Assembly (NCBI GenBank): GCA_033762115.1
Contig: JANRLX010000093.1
Coordinates: 32,001-96,000 of the forward strand
Source of the DNA: Verrucomicrobiota bacterium
GTDB taxonomy: Bacteria; Verrucomicrobiota; Verrucomicrobiia; Limisphaerales; SXQI01
Reading direction: 5' to 3'
Length of the DNA stretch: 64,000 nucleotides
Shown here piece by piece: positions 8,827-19,215 of the stretch. The position numbers and the translations under genes were made by a program. The notes below the pieces were generated by a model. That model saw only the letters and a program-made list of their open reading frames with translations. It ran no database searches and was not told the origin of the DNA. Position 1 is the first letter of the stretch; each line of letters starts with the position of its first letter.

Positions 8827-8938
8827 TGTGACAGGGCTTCCCATAGAGGTCGCCCGACACAAAGCGAGGCAGTGGGAATAATCCACTGTAAGTCACAGAC
8901 TGAGGCAGCTAACTTTAATTAGCTGCCTTCTCGTTTTT
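8827..8938 (+). ncRNA. candidate structured RNA or leader with terminator (unclassified)
   Basis: TGTGAC(8827)/GTCACA(8892) closes two hairpins, followed by a 10-bp stem AGGCAGCTAA/TTAGCTGCCT and a T-rich tail. TATATT at 8816-8821. Confidence 0.4.
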
Positions 8939-9039
8939 GCATCAAACTGATATTCGGGCCTTCCATGATAAGAAATCTTGCAGACGCCCCGATTGAGAAC
9001 CGTTGAGTTTGGGCGATTCTACCAAAGAAAGGTGGGATT

Positions 9040-9429
9040 ATGAAAAGAGCATTGGGAACAGTTTTAACAGCAATTTCAATCACAGTTCTGACAGGTTGTG
9101 CAGGGGGGGCAGACAAGCGAAGTACGGGGCAATTATTGGACGATACTGCCTTGCATGCCAAGGTAAAGGCAGCCCTGGTCAATGATCCGGAAATTTCGGG
9201 GACCAAAGTGGATGTGGATGTTGAACGGGGTGTTGTTCGACTCAGCGGGCCCGCAGCGAACCAGCAGGCGAAAACCAAAGCCGAAGAACTGGTTTGGGGT
9301 GTGCAGGGAGTGCGCGCTGTGGAAAACAACCTGGAACTGACTCCCACAAATGACCGTGACACCGAGGTGAAGGTCGAAGCCGAAGTGGATGATGATGTTG
9401 AGGTGGAGGGGGAAATCGAAAAGAAGTAA
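9040..9429 (+). CDS. BON-domain (OsmY-like) lipoprotein
   Basis: Lipobox LTGC, then LDDTALHAKVKAAL...GVVRLSG...GVRAVENNL. Confidence 0.9.
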   Translation: MKRALGTVLTAISITVLTGCAGGADKRSTGQLLDDTALHAKVKAALVNDPEISGTKVDVDVERGVVRLSGPAANQQAKTKAEELVWGVQGVRAVENNLELTPTNDRDTEVKVEAEVDDDVEVEGEIEKK

Positions 9430-9446
9430 ACTTCTCAATTAATTTT

Positions 9447-9474
9447 AAAGGCGTGGTAACACCACGCCTTTTTT
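9447..9474 (+). terminator. intrinsic terminator
   Basis: AAAGGCGTGGT-aac-ACCACGCCTTT hairpin plus T tract after the BON gene. Confidence 0.8.
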
Positions 9475-9539
9475 GTTCTGGGCCATGACTGCAGTTCTCA
9501 GGATTGTCACAGCCCTGTTCCCGCTTCACACTGTCCGAA

Positions 9540-11777
9540 ATGATTGCACGGGTGGCGCTTGATCTTTCTGTTCGGAAGGAATTCGATTATCTTGTCCCTG
9601 CCGAATTGGAGGCAGAAGTGGAGGTGGGAACGCGGGTCAGGGTTCCTTTTGGCTCCCGGGAACTTCTCGGAACTGTGATAGAGATCGTCACGGTCTCGCC
9701 GCATACCAACCTTCGTTCCATTGTTAAGGTGGCTGGCAGCAAATCCCCGCTGACTCCTGCCATTCTTAAACTGGCTCAATGGATCTCTTCATATTATTGC
9801 TGTCCCCTGGAAATGGTCATCAAAACTGCGCTCCCTGATTCTGTTCGTAAGGAAAAGGCGGGTTGGCGGGAGAGGTTAATGATTCGTCTTAATCCGGTTG
9901 CCGAAAAACTCAACGATTTAAAATTAACCTCACGGCAGAAGCAACTGGTTGAGGCGTTGGAATCGTTCGGCGGGCAGGCTCCTCTGCAACAGTTCCTGGA
10001 AAAAACGCGAAGTTCTCCAGCAACCGTTCGTAAGCTTGAAGACATTTCCGTGGTTGCCATCGGTGCGGAAATTTCTGAACGCGATCCCTACGCAAATGAA
10101 ACCATTTTGCCCACTCTTGCATTAAAGCTCAATTCCGAGCAACAGGTTGCATTGTCAGAAATCAGGCAGGCCATGGATGCAGGGCCCAAAGCCCCCACTC
10201 CCAGGACTTTTCTTCTTCATGGGGTCACCGGGAGCGGGAAGACAGAAGTCTATCTTCAAGCCATCGCTCATGCCTTGAACCAGAATAAGGGTTCCATAGT
10301 TCTTGTGCCGGAGATCTCGTTGACTCCTCAAACCGTCGAGCGTTTTAAAGCGCGCTTCAGCTCCGGTCCGAAGGCAACTCTAGTGGCTGTCCTTCACAGC
10401 CATCTCTCCGCTGGAGAACGGCATGACGAATGGCAAAAAATTCGTCAGGGCCGTGCACGAATCGTGATCGGGGCGCGTTCCGCGGTTTTTGCCCCGGTCC
10501 TTTCCTTGGGATTGATCATTGTGGATGAAGAGCATGAGCACTCATATAAACAGGAGGAAAGCCCTCGTTATCACGCCCGTGATGTTGCAGTCATGAGAGG
10601 TGCTTTTGAAAAAGCGGTCACCATCCTGGGTTCCGCCACCCCGAGCATGGAGAGCTACTTCAATGCGAGCAGCGGCAAGTATCGCCTCCTTTCAATGCCG
10701 ACACGCGCCGATGATAAAAAATTGCCGATCGTGCGAGTCATTGACATGGCAATGGAAAGCCGCCGTGAAAAAAGCACCCCCATCTTTTCGTTGCCGTTAC
10801 GGGAAGCAATTCTTCAGCGGCTCGAACGCAAGGAACAAACAATCCTTTTCCTGAATCGCCGCGGCTACGCGTCATCACTGCAATGTCCCCGATGCGGACA
10901 TGTGGCAGGTTGCCCGAACTGCAGCATTGCGCTGACCTATCATCGCAAGGCACAAAAGCTTTCCTGCCATATTTGTGGACATCACCAACCCGCACCGACG
11001 ATTTGTCCCGAACCCAAATGTCGCAATCCTGCTATTCGGTATGCAGGAATCGGCACCGAAAGAGTCGAGGAGTCTCTTTCCAAGCTGTTTCCTCAAGCAA
11101 AGCTCGCACGCATGGACTCAGATACTCTGAAACGAAAGGAGGATTATCGAAGGATTTTGGGAGATTTTCGGACGGGGAAAATTGATATTCTGGTGGGTAC
11201 TCAAATGATCGCCAAGGGGCTGCACTTTCCAAATGTCACTCTGGTGGGAATTGTTTATGCGGATCTCAGTCTGCACATTCCGGATTTTCGGGCCGGTGAA
11301 CGGACGTTTCAGCTTCTTACCCAGGTGGCTGGCAGAGCTGGACGGGGTGATGTGGAAGGAGAGGTGTTTGTTCAATCACTCACCGCGTATCATCCTGCCA
11401 TCCAGTATGCTCGCAGACATGATTACGTTGGTTTTTATGAACAGGAAATCGAGTTCCGCGAACAGCTTCAATATCCGCCAGCCAGTCGGGCCGCGATGAT
11501 CACATTGAGAGGTCAAAGTGAGGAAAAAGTTCAATTCAGCGCCCAGCATGTACGCCAGCAACTGAAAAAGCTGTTGCCAGAGTTTCCCGGGCTTGTGATT
11601 GCCGGGCCCGCCCCCTCTCCGCTCTTAAAAGCGGAAACTTTTTACCGTTACCAGATCATGCTCCGCACCCGCTCCATGTCCCGATTGAGCGTTCGCCTGG
11701 CGGAATTGTTCTCCTCGCCTGAATTGGTCGAGGATGTCCGCATGATCATTGATATTGATCCTGTTAGCCTGGTCTAA
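9540..11777 (+). CDS. priA: primosomal protein N' (replication restart helicase)
   Basis: GVTGSGKTEVY, DEEHE, LFLNRRGY, Cys-rich Zn region and GTQMIAKG motifs. Confidence 0.96.
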   Translation: MIARVALDLSVRKEFDYLVPAELEAEVEVGTRVRVPFGSRELLGTVIEIVTVSPHTNLRSIVKVAGSKSPLTPAILKLAQWISSYYCCPLEMVIKTALPDSVRKEKAGWRERLMIRLNPVAEKLNDLKLTSRQKQLVEALESFGGQAPLQQFLEKTRSSPATVRKLEDISVVAIGAEISERDPYANETILPTLALKLNSEQQVALSEIRQAMDAGPKAPTPRTFLLHGVTGSGKTEVYLQAIAHALNQNKGSIVLVPEISLTPQTVERFKARFSSGPKATLVAVLHSHLSAGERHDEWQKIRQGRARIVIGARSAVFAPVLSLGLIIVDEEHEHSYKQEESPRYHARDVAVMRGAFEKAVTILGSATPSMESYFNASSGKYRLLSMPTRADDKKLPIVRVIDMAMESRREKSTPIFSLPLREAILQRLERKEQTILFLNRRGYASSLQCPRCGHVAGCPNCSIALTYHRKAQKLSCHICGHHQPAPTICPEPKCRNPAIRYAGIGTERVEESLSKLFPQAKLARMDSDTLKRKEDYRRILGDFRTGKIDILVGTQMIAKGLHFPNVTLVGIVYADLSLHIPDFRAGERTFQLLTQVAGRAGRGDVEGEVFVQSLTAYHPAIQYARRHDYVGFYEQEIEFREQLQYPPASRAAMITLRGQSEEKVQFSAQHVRQQLKKLLPEFPGLVIAGPAPSPLLKAETFYRYQIMLRTRSMSRLSVRLAELFSSPELVEDVRMIIDIDPVSLV

Positions 11778-11850
11778 CAATCATCGAAGGGTTTTGTATC
11801 CGTATTTTGATTTATTGACGGCTTACCAGGCAGAACGGAATACTTTACAC

Positions 11851-12996
11851 ATGCGATGCTATTTATCATTAATCCTTTGTCTTACTTTAATATCGTTGGG
11901 AGCAGATACTCAAACTGGATATTATCCGATATTTGTAACTACGATGCCAAAGGAGACTTCAACAGTACATGCGAATAGCAACTATTATTCAATATTCCTG
12001 CTGGGAGTTAATTTGAATCGCGATGATCAATGGAGTTCCAGAAACGATATTGCACTAACTGCCAAGCTGACTGTCCAGGGGCAAGAAATTGATGTGCCTG
12101 TTTATCAACGCTATGATAAAGGTGTGGATGGACGCCTGGGTATTATCAACTACCCTTTACTTACTACGATTCCCGCAGTGGGAGATACTTTTCAAGTCGG
12201 AATTGAAATTGTTAGAAGGAACAAAAACGATCCTCTTAAGAAAGCAATTGATTTTTTAACCAAATCGGGAGGTGATTCCAGATTGACCACCTACGCTGCT
12301 CATGCCGTTCCTTACATTACTCTCATAGGTTCGGTGGCAAAAGACCTCTATACTGCTTTTGGTCCGCCAGCAGAAGGAGACCTTTTATTCAAGATGAACC
12401 CTGTGGGATTTTCACCTGCAGAAGGGAACGATAACGCTGGCTTTTTGTTACACGATACAATAATTATTCTTTATAAGGGATCAAGCCCTGCACCGGCTGG
12501 AATGATTACTTACTCTGAAGAAGGGGGCTTCGCTGATCCTTCTGCTTACCTTAGAACAGGTCAATGGGTCGCCCTTCGTATTCGAAAGCACAATCGACGT
12601 CACGATTATCATAAACGCTTGTGGCACACCCGGTATAATCAAGGGATTGCGGCGCTCCCAAGAGCAAAAGACAGTGCATCAATTCAGCAGATTGAAGCTA
12701 TTTTGAATGAAGCTCGAATTTTATTGCGAGCCGATGAAGATTTCACTGTACAGGATAAGCTTAAAATTGAAAACGAATGGGACACGGCAATTGCTGCTGC
12801 AAAGAGCAGCTTATTAGCTGGAAACTCCAAAGCTTTGGAGGATGCTTTAAGAAGAGCGGTGACAAAGCCGAGCAAAATTAACCCGCAATTGGGTGCTGCT
12901 GATTCCAGCAGCCTTTTGGAAAGTTCGATTGGCACGCAAGTCAAGGATATTCAACTCTTCAAGCCGGAGGTTATTTCCAAACAGCTAAGCCGCTGA
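11851..12996 (+). CDS. AT-rich exported hypothetical protein
   Basis: Long ORF with signal-like N-terminus MRCYLSLILCLTLISLGA. No recognised motif. Confidence 0.7.
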   Translation: MRCYLSLILCLTLISLGADTQTGYYPIFVTTMPKETSTVHANSNYYSIFLLGVNLNRDDQWSSRNDIALTAKLTVQGQEIDVPVYQRYDKGVDGRLGIINYPLLTTIPAVGDTFQVGIEIVRRNKNDPLKKAIDFLTKSGGDSRLTTYAAHAVPYITLIGSVAKDLYTAFGPPAEGDLLFKMNPVGFSPAEGNDNAGFLLHDTIIILYKGSSPAPAGMITYSEEGGFADPSAYLRTGQWVALRIRKHNRRHDYHKRLWHTRYNQGIAALPRAKDSASIQQIEAILNEARILLRADEDFTVQDKLKIENEWDTAIAAAKSSLLAGNSKALEDALRRAVTKPSKINPQLGAADSSSLLESSIGTQVKDIQLFKPEVISKQLSR

Positions 12997-13224
12997 AAAT
13001 CCATTTTGCTGTTTCGTTCTAGTTGACCTCGGAGAAAAATTTCTTCCCCCGATTGTTTTCAGGTTTTTTTGCATTATTCTAAGACTGGATGCAGTCATGG
13101 GAGGGCTGCTCCGGTCACATGAATTTAGCGGGTGCACAATTTTCTGGCCGACGTGGGAAGGGGAAAGTTCCACGAACGGCATTGTCACGCCCGTTAGAAT
13201 GGTATTTCTGAAAGGTTTCTCTTC

Positions 13225-16140
13225 ATGCCGAATCCATACATCTATCCACGACCTGAATATCCACGCCCTGATCGTCAGCGCGCAACTTTGGAAGGACAGG
13301 ATTGGATCAACCTCAATGGACCCTGGCAATTTCGGTTTGATGGTGAAAAAATCGGTGAAAAGGAAGGCTGGTTTCAACCGGATGGTTTGCCCTGGAGGGA
13401 ACAGATTATCGTGCCATTCTGTTGGGAAAGTCTTGCCGCCTGGGGGGAGGGGGACTCAGCTGGAAATGAGAATTATTATGCCACCCGCGTCTTTAAAAAT
13501 CCGCTCGAGGTGACGCGGCAAAACCATCGGCATGCGCCAAGGTATGAAGTAGGCTGGTATCGCAGGGAAATCACCATTCCCACCCACCCAGCCTGGGAGG
13601 GAAAGCGTGTCATATTAATTGTTGGCGCAGCAGATTTTTTTACAGATTGCTGGTGCAACGGAAAGCATCTCGGGCACCATGAGGGAGGGTATCTCCCCTT
13701 TGAATTCGATATCACTGACTCACTCGAAAGCCGGGCGGATGGCAAGTGGCATGGCTGGGTGGTGTTTCGAGTGGAGGATCCCATGGATAACAAGGAGCAG
13801 CCCGTGGGAAAACAGTGGCGTTGGTACACCACCAATAGCGGTATTTGGCAAACAGTTTATATCGAGCCCCGCTCCCCGGTTTACCTTCAGAATTTTTTCA
13901 TCAGCCCCGATATCGATGCTGGAACCGCTTTGTTCGAAGTTGAGTGCGTCAATGCGGAAACCGGTTGCGTCCTTTTTGCGCAAATCACTCCGCCTTGTTC
14001 CGGCCAGCCTTTCGACATCGAAATCCCCATTGCCAATAACACAGGGCGGCAACTGGTTCGGATTAATCCCCTGCACTTGTGGAATCCGAACGAACCGCAT
14101 CTCTACCGTGTCCGTTTTGAATTAAGGGATGGTGGTTCAGTGCGTGATCTGGTTCACAGTTACTTTGGGATGCGAAAAATATCTCACATGCCCACTGCCG
14201 ATCCCACCGCACCTGAAGTGTTGACCCTGAACAATGTGCCCCGTTATCTGCGCGGCGCTTTGCACCAGGCTTATTATCCGGAAGGAGTTTATACTGCGGG
14301 AGATGTTGAGCGCTTCAAAAACGACATCGAATTTGCAAAAAAGGTCGGATTCAACTTCCTGCGGGTGCATATCAAGCTGGAAGACCCACTCCTTCTTTAT
14401 TATGCGGACACGATGGGAATGTTAATCATGGCTGACTTCCCGAATTTCGGGGAGGGAGGCGATACTCCATTAGGGCGCCAGCGATATGAAACGATGATGC
14501 GGGCGGCGATCAAGCGTGATTTTAATCATCCCTCGATTTTTGCCTGGTGCTTGTTCAATGAGACATGGGGCTTCGGGGGGCAGGTTGAGTTCGTCAAATT
14601 ATTCAGCGGTGATCCTGCGGGAGTTGCTGAAGGCAACCCTCCACCGGCGGCGATTTCAGGCGTCAGCGGGTTGGTAACTCAAAAAACCACAGAGGAAGCA
14701 AAAACAAAAGCCGAGGGGCAGGATGAAGCGGATGCAGCAGTCACCAAGGTTAAGCTTTCCAATCAAAGCTCCCATTCATGGGTTCAACGGATGTGGGAAT
14801 TAGCCAAGAAGTTGGACACGACCCGGCTGATTGAGGATATGAGCGTCGTGCATTGGGAGCACCTTGATTATTACGCTCATGGAGATACAGACATCAACTC
14901 CTGGCATTTCTACATGCACGATTACTCCAAGGCCAAGGAGCATATAGAGAAGGTGGTGGGAGCGACTTACGTGGGTTCCACCTTCAATTATGTGGAAGGG
15001 TTCAAGCAGAAAAGTCAGCCATTGATCAATTCAGAGTATGGCGGCATCGGGGCCCTTGACGGTGACCGGGATGTCAGCTGGAGCTTCAAGTTTTTGACCA
15101 ACGAACTTCGCCGCCACGGGAAAGTCTCTGGTTATATCTTTACTGAACTGCATGATGTGGAGTGGGAATACAACGGGTTCATGAATTACGATCGTACCCC
15201 GAAACAATTCGGCTACGATCCCCGGATCATTAACGAAAGCGACACCCTGCCGATTGATGCGCCGCCCATGCAAAGGGTCAAACCGGGCGCCAAAGTCACA
15301 GTGCCTGTCGCTTCTTCTCACTACTCCACCACTTACAAAAAAAATGTCGTTCTCAAATGGCACCTGGGTGGGATTGATACCCTGGGGAAACTTCACCAGG
15401 ACATTGCAGTGGGGGCCGTTCCAATTCCGTTCCCACACCGGAGCGTGGCCCATGCCCACACGATTGAACTGGAAATGCCTCATCAACCCATGCTTTGCAC
15501 ATTATCCATTGAAGCTCTCAACTCAAATGGATGCAGAATTGCGAGCAACTTTTTGAGCATCCTCGTTTCTGATGGCTATCCTGTGCCGCATGAGCAGGGG
15601 GACCGGATTACTGTGCTCCGTGGCGCACCCGCTGACTGGGCCCGGTCTGAGTGGAGCGGCTACGCCGGGAATCGGGAGCAGGAACGGGCTGAGGATGTCT
15701 GCTATGGATATGGACATGGATATTTTGAATGGGACCTCCCTCTCCATGGTGCAGACATTCACAAGGCGTATCGCATTCGCGTTCTTTGTGAAGCTTCCTC
15801 TCGTCGCATCGACTCTCCCCAAACGGATGATGATCACCTTCCCTCCACAATGCAGATGTTCCTCAACGGCCTGCGTGTGTATGAAGCCACGCTGGTGGAC
15901 CATCCTCACGATTCACGTGGTGTGTTGAGTTATTTGCGTGAGGGAAAAGGAGCCTACGGTTATCTGGCCCATGCCACTGCGGAGGGGGAGTTACTGCGGC
16001 GAATTGCAGAGGCGTCCGATGGTCATATCCGTCTTCGATGTGAGGTGCCAGCTTCGACCATCGCCCAGAACGGCCTTTCGATATATGGTGCGGAATGTGG
16101 ACGTTACCCGATCTGCCCGACGGTAGTCATTGAATGGTGA
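13225..16140 (+). CDS. glycoside hydrolase family 2 protein
   Basis: WINLNGPWQF, SGIWQTVY, GFNFLRVHIK, RDFNHPSIFAWCLFNETW (acid/base) and INSEYGG (nucleophile). Confidence 0.9.
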   Translation: MPNPYIYPRPEYPRPDRQRATLEGQDWINLNGPWQFRFDGEKIGEKEGWFQPDGLPWREQIIVPFCWESLAAWGEGDSAGNENYYATRVFKNPLEVTRQNHRHAPRYEVGWYRREITIPTHPAWEGKRVILIVGAADFFTDCWCNGKHLGHHEGGYLPFEFDITDSLESRADGKWHGWVVFRVEDPMDNKEQPVGKQWRWYTTNSGIWQTVYIEPRSPVYLQNFFISPDIDAGTALFEVECVNAETGCVLFAQITPPCSGQPFDIEIPIANNTGRQLVRINPLHLWNPNEPHLYRVRFELRDGGSVRDLVHSYFGMRKISHMPTADPTAPEVLTLNNVPRYLRGALHQAYYPEGVYTAGDVERFKNDIEFAKKVGFNFLRVHIKLEDPLLLYYADTMGMLIMADFPNFGEGGDTPLGRQRYETMMRAAIKRDFNHPSIFAWCLFNETWGFGGQVEFVKLFSGDPAGVAEGNPPPAAISGVSGLVTQKTTEEAKTKAEGQDEADAAVTKVKLSNQSSHSWVQRMWELAKKLDTTRLIEDMSVVHWEHLDYYAHGDTDINSWHFYMHDYSKAKEHIEKVVGATYVGSTFNYVEGFKQKSQPLINSEYGGIGALDGDRDVSWSFKFLTNELRRHGKVSGYIFTELHDVEWEYNGFMNYDRTPKQFGYDPRIINESDTLPIDAPPMQRVKPGAKVTVPVASSHYSTTYKKNVVLKWHLGGIDTLGKLHQDIAVGAVPIPFPHRSVAHAHTIELEMPHQPMLCTLSIEALNSNGCRIASNFLSILVSDGYPVPHEQGDRITVLRGAPADWARSEWSGYAGNREQERAEDVCYGYGHGYFEWDLPLHGADIHKAYRIRVLCEASSRRIDSPQTDDDHLPSTMQMFLNGLRVYEATLVDHPHDSRGVLSYLREGKGAYGYLAHATAEGELLRRIAEASDGHIRLRCEVPASTIAQNGLSIYGAECGRYPICPTVVIEW

Positions 16141-16315
16141 TGAGGGAGGAGAAAAACTAACGCCCCTGCATGATGGAAGTGGGAACCCCATGCTCCCATC
16201 CTTTGGGAGCATTCCATGGACGATCAGTCATGTTATCCTGCTCAGTGGAAGCGCAACCGGTAAGGCAAAGGGCCGCAACTGCAATTGACAGAAATTGAAA
16301 AACCCGCTTCATCGA

Positions 16316-17068
16316 TCAATAGATCACTTGGTCGCCCTCCATCACTTCATCCTGTTTCCATTCAGGAATGATGTTGGCAATGGCGCGATTTGGTTCCACG
16401 GAAGTGATTTTGACTTTTGCAACAAGGCGGCCATCCCGATTGACCAGCATGCGGGCATTTTCGACAAGGCCCTGGTTTCCCCCGATATCGAGGACGACAA
16501 AATCATACTTTGGGTCCACCGCGAGGATTTTCCCTTTGGTTCCGGCGGGCAACGTCGGTTCAGTATTGCCCCCTGTATATTTTGCGAGTTCAGCTTCGAG
16601 CAGCTTGCGGCGACGGTTCAATAATTGATTATCCGCCGCAAACACATCCCGTTCCTCGGTAATGCGGCGAAGCTCGTCGCGTTGTTTCTGGATATCTTCA
16701 ATGCGTGCTCCCAACGCTTTCCATGCGGCAAGTTCACGCTGCGTATCGTTCCGTTCAGCAATGGTGTTCTGGAGTTCGGTCGTGGCGCGATTTGCGCGTT
16801 CCTGCTGTTCAGTCGCCTTACTGACTGCGGCGGCCAGAGCGTTGGTCGCATTATTCAGGTCTTTGACAGCGACTTCGAGGTTTTCCTTGGCAGTTTTCTC
16901 GGCGGCACGAGCAGCGGCTTCACTTTCCTGAGATTGGCTCAACTGAGCTTGAGTGTCTGCAAGGCTGGCATTAAGCCCGGTGATTTTCGTGCCCACTTGG
17001 AAATGGGTCAGGTACAAGGTCACTACCCCGACCAAAATGGCCAAACCGAGACTGATCTTCAGTAACAT
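16316..17068 (-). CDS. membrane-anchored coiled-coil protein with C-terminal beta domain
   Basis: N-terminal TM, about 130-aa heptad coiled coil, then GKILAVDPKYDFVVLDIG...GDQV. Confidence 0.8.
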   Translation of the reverse strand: MLLKISLGLAILVGVVTLYLTHFQVGTKITGLNASLADTQAQLSQSQESEAAARAAEKTAKENLEVAVKDLNNATNALAAAVSKATEQQERANRATTELQNTIAERNDTQRELAAWKALGARIEDIQKQRDELRRITEERDVFAADNQLLNRRRKLLEAELAKYTGGNTEPTLPAGTKGKILAVDPKYDFVVLDIGGNQGLVENARMLVNRDGRLVAKVKITSVEPNRAIANIIPEWKQDEVMEGDQVIY

Positions 17069-17098
17069 GGTGCGCTGCTATGGTTGTTTTGTCGGGGA

Positions 17099-17127
17099 AC
17101 AGTAATGATTGACAATTTAGGTGTCAA
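17099..17127 (-). promoter_or_regulatory. sigma70-type promoter with overlapping palindrome
   Basis: Minus strand TTGACA-17-TACTGT. TTGACA-N7-TGTCAA inverted repeat at 17109-17127. Confidence 0.55.
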
Positions 17128-17180
17128 CGGCGCAAACCGCCTTCTCCCCGAGTCATGGACTGAACCTAAAATAGCACAAC

Positions 17181-18371
17181 TCACGCCATCTTGTCTCCCA
17201 CGAGCGATGGGTCCCAATCTTTCCAAACCGGCTCGTAACCCAGCCCGGAAAGTAAATGTGCGATTTCAGCAGGAGTCCGCTCATCTGCAATCTGGAATTG
17301 CCCTGTGGCAGCGTCGGCAGAGCCAGGTGAATCCAGGGCGACCACTCTTCCCCGTTCCGTTTTGTGAAGATTCTCTTTACCCGCCCCGGTGTAACCTCCC
17401 GGTTCCGTATGGCTTCCCGCACTCATATGAGTGATTCCCAGAGGAATAAGCCCATTTCGCAATCGTGCTGGTTCCCTTGTGGAGAGGACAATCCCGACGT
17501 CTGGAAAGGCCAGGCGAAACGCGCAGATTAGTTGCAACAATTCCCGGTCAGTAATCCGGGTCAACGGTTCAAAATCACCTGCATGCGGCCTCAAGCGAGG
17601 AAGGGAGATTGTTAATTGCGCTTTCCAGCAATGCTTTAGCAGATAATCCAGGTGTGCAGCCAGGTGGAAAGCTTCCAGTCGCCAGTCGCTTAATCCGTAG
17701 AGTGCGCCGATGCCCAGCCTGCGAAATCCTGCGGCATAGGCGCGTTCCGGAGTTTCGAGCCGCCAGTTGAAATCCCTTTTTGGCCCGGCTGTGTGAACGC
17801 TCGCGTAAACGGATCGGTCGTAAGTCTCCTGGTAAACAACCAACCCCTCTGCCCCGGCATCCACCAGGGGTCGGTATTCTTCAGTATTCATTGGGCCGAT
17901 CTCCAATGAGATTGAAGGAAACATGGGTCGCAGCCCGGCTACACAATCCCGGAGATAATCCGCCGAAATAAATTTTGGTTGCTCGCCAGCGACGAGCAAA
18001 ATGCTTCGAAACCCTGCCGATGATAATGCCGCAGCTTCCTTTTCCACTTCTGGAACTGACAAGGTGACCCGAAAAATAGGGTTATCTCGTGAGAATCCAC
18101 AGTATTTGCAATTATTGATGCATTCATTGGAAAGATAAAGCGGGGCAAACAACCGCACCGTTTTTCCAAACCGCTGTTGCGTGATGCGTTGAGAAATTTG
18201 GCCAAGTTTCTCCAGGTTTTGCCCGGCAGCGGGTGAGATCAGGGACGGAAAATCCAGGTAGCTCCAGTTTCGGCGAGCCAGAGTGCGTTCCACTTCAGCC
18301 GGGGACACCTGGCTGGATTGAGTAAGCAGCCGCTCAATCGGGATCTTTTCATAAACTGCAACAAACGACAT
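17181..18371 (-). CDS. thiH: 2-iminoacetate synthase (radical SAM)
   Basis: LFAPLYLSNECINNCKYCGF, VYQETY, SLPRLRP, MSAGSHTEPGGY and QFQIADER motifs. Confidence 0.92.
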   Translation of the reverse strand: MSFVAVYEKIPIERLLTQSSQVSPAEVERTLARRNWSYLDFPSLISPAAGQNLEKLGQISQRITQQRFGKTVRLFAPLYLSNECINNCKYCGFSRDNPIFRVTLSVPEVEKEAAALSSAGFRSILLVAGEQPKFISADYLRDCVAGLRPMFPSISLEIGPMNTEEYRPLVDAGAEGLVVYQETYDRSVYASVHTAGPKRDFNWRLETPERAYAAGFRRLGIGALYGLSDWRLEAFHLAAHLDYLLKHCWKAQLTISLPRLRPHAGDFEPLTRITDRELLQLICAFRLAFPDVGIVLSTREPARLRNGLIPLGITHMSAGSHTEPGGYTGAGKENLHKTERGRVVALDSPGSADAATGQFQIADERTPAEIAHLLSGLGYEPVWKDWDPSLVGDKMA

Positions 18372-18465
18372 CCCCCTCACCATAGCGCATCCAGGTTAAA
18401 TGTGGAGAAGGAAGCTTCCGCGTAATGAACTTGGAATTTGCCACCACCTGCTCTAACTACAGGAG

Positions 18466-19020
18466 GTGGCCAATTTACGTCAGCAGTTCGAAACTTTTCT
18501 TCGTCGGCAACCGCGCCTGGCCCCGACAGTTTATCTATCCAGCCGGGCAGTTGTCATCGGTGATGTGCGGATCGGCCATTGCTCCAGTGTCTGGCACAAT
18601 GCGGTATTGCGTGGGGACATTAATTACATCCAGATCGGCAAATACTCGAATATCCAGGATAACGCGGTGCTTCATTTGGCAGATGACTTCCCATGTATTG
18701 TCGGTGATTGGGTCACTGTAGGTCATGGAGCAATCGTCCATGCATGTACCGTCGAGGATGAATGCCTGATTGGAATGGGGGCCACGGTTCTTGACGGATC
18801 TGTGATCGGAAAACAATCCATTGTGGGAGCCAATGCGCTGGTTACGGGAGGGACCGTCATTCCGCCCGGCTCAATGGTGCTCGGTTCCCCGGCGAAGGTG
18901 GTCCGGGCATTATCGGATGCCGAACGGCAGGGATTAAAACATTGGGCGGAGAAATATGTGGAAAATGCTGCTTTTTGCCTCGAGCATAAAATCGAGATCG
19001 GCGTTCCGCTCAAAAGTTAA
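18466..19020 (+). CDS. gamma carbonic anhydrase family protein
   Basis: Hexapeptide repeats, LRGD, NIQDNAVLH and VGHGAIVHAC. Confidence 0.9.
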   Translation: MANLRQQFETFLRRQPRLAPTVYLSSRAVVIGDVRIGHCSSVWHNAVLRGDINYIQIGKYSNIQDNAVLHLADDFPCIVGDWVTVGHGAIVHACTVEDECLIGMGATVLDGSVIGKQSIVGANALVTGGTVIPPGSMVLGSPAKVVRALSDAERQGLKHWAEKYVENAAFCLEHKIEIGVPLKS

Positions 19021-19215
19021 TGAGTTTTGGAACTGCCTAATCATTTAAGTGAGCAACGCACCCCTTCTGGATTTGACTCTGCCCACATTCCGTTTTATCC
19101 AATGTGGCCAATAACAGGGAGTCACCGGCGAAGGATCTTCCGATTTCCGGCTGTTCTTTTTTGCGCAACTTTTGCGCCCCCCTGCTGTATATATAATCCA
19201 CAACCATAAACTTTT

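Noticed and set aside
8827..8897. c-di-GMP-I riboswitch or hammerhead ribozyme
   Set aside because: GACACAAAGC resembles GACGCAAAGC, but the GGCAAA/GNRA stem is absent, and there is no CTGAnGA/GAAA core.
16140..16315. ATGCTCCCA/TGGGAGCAT hairpin as an ncRNA or repeat element
   Set aside because: A single hairpin between convergent genes, most simply a terminator or stability element.
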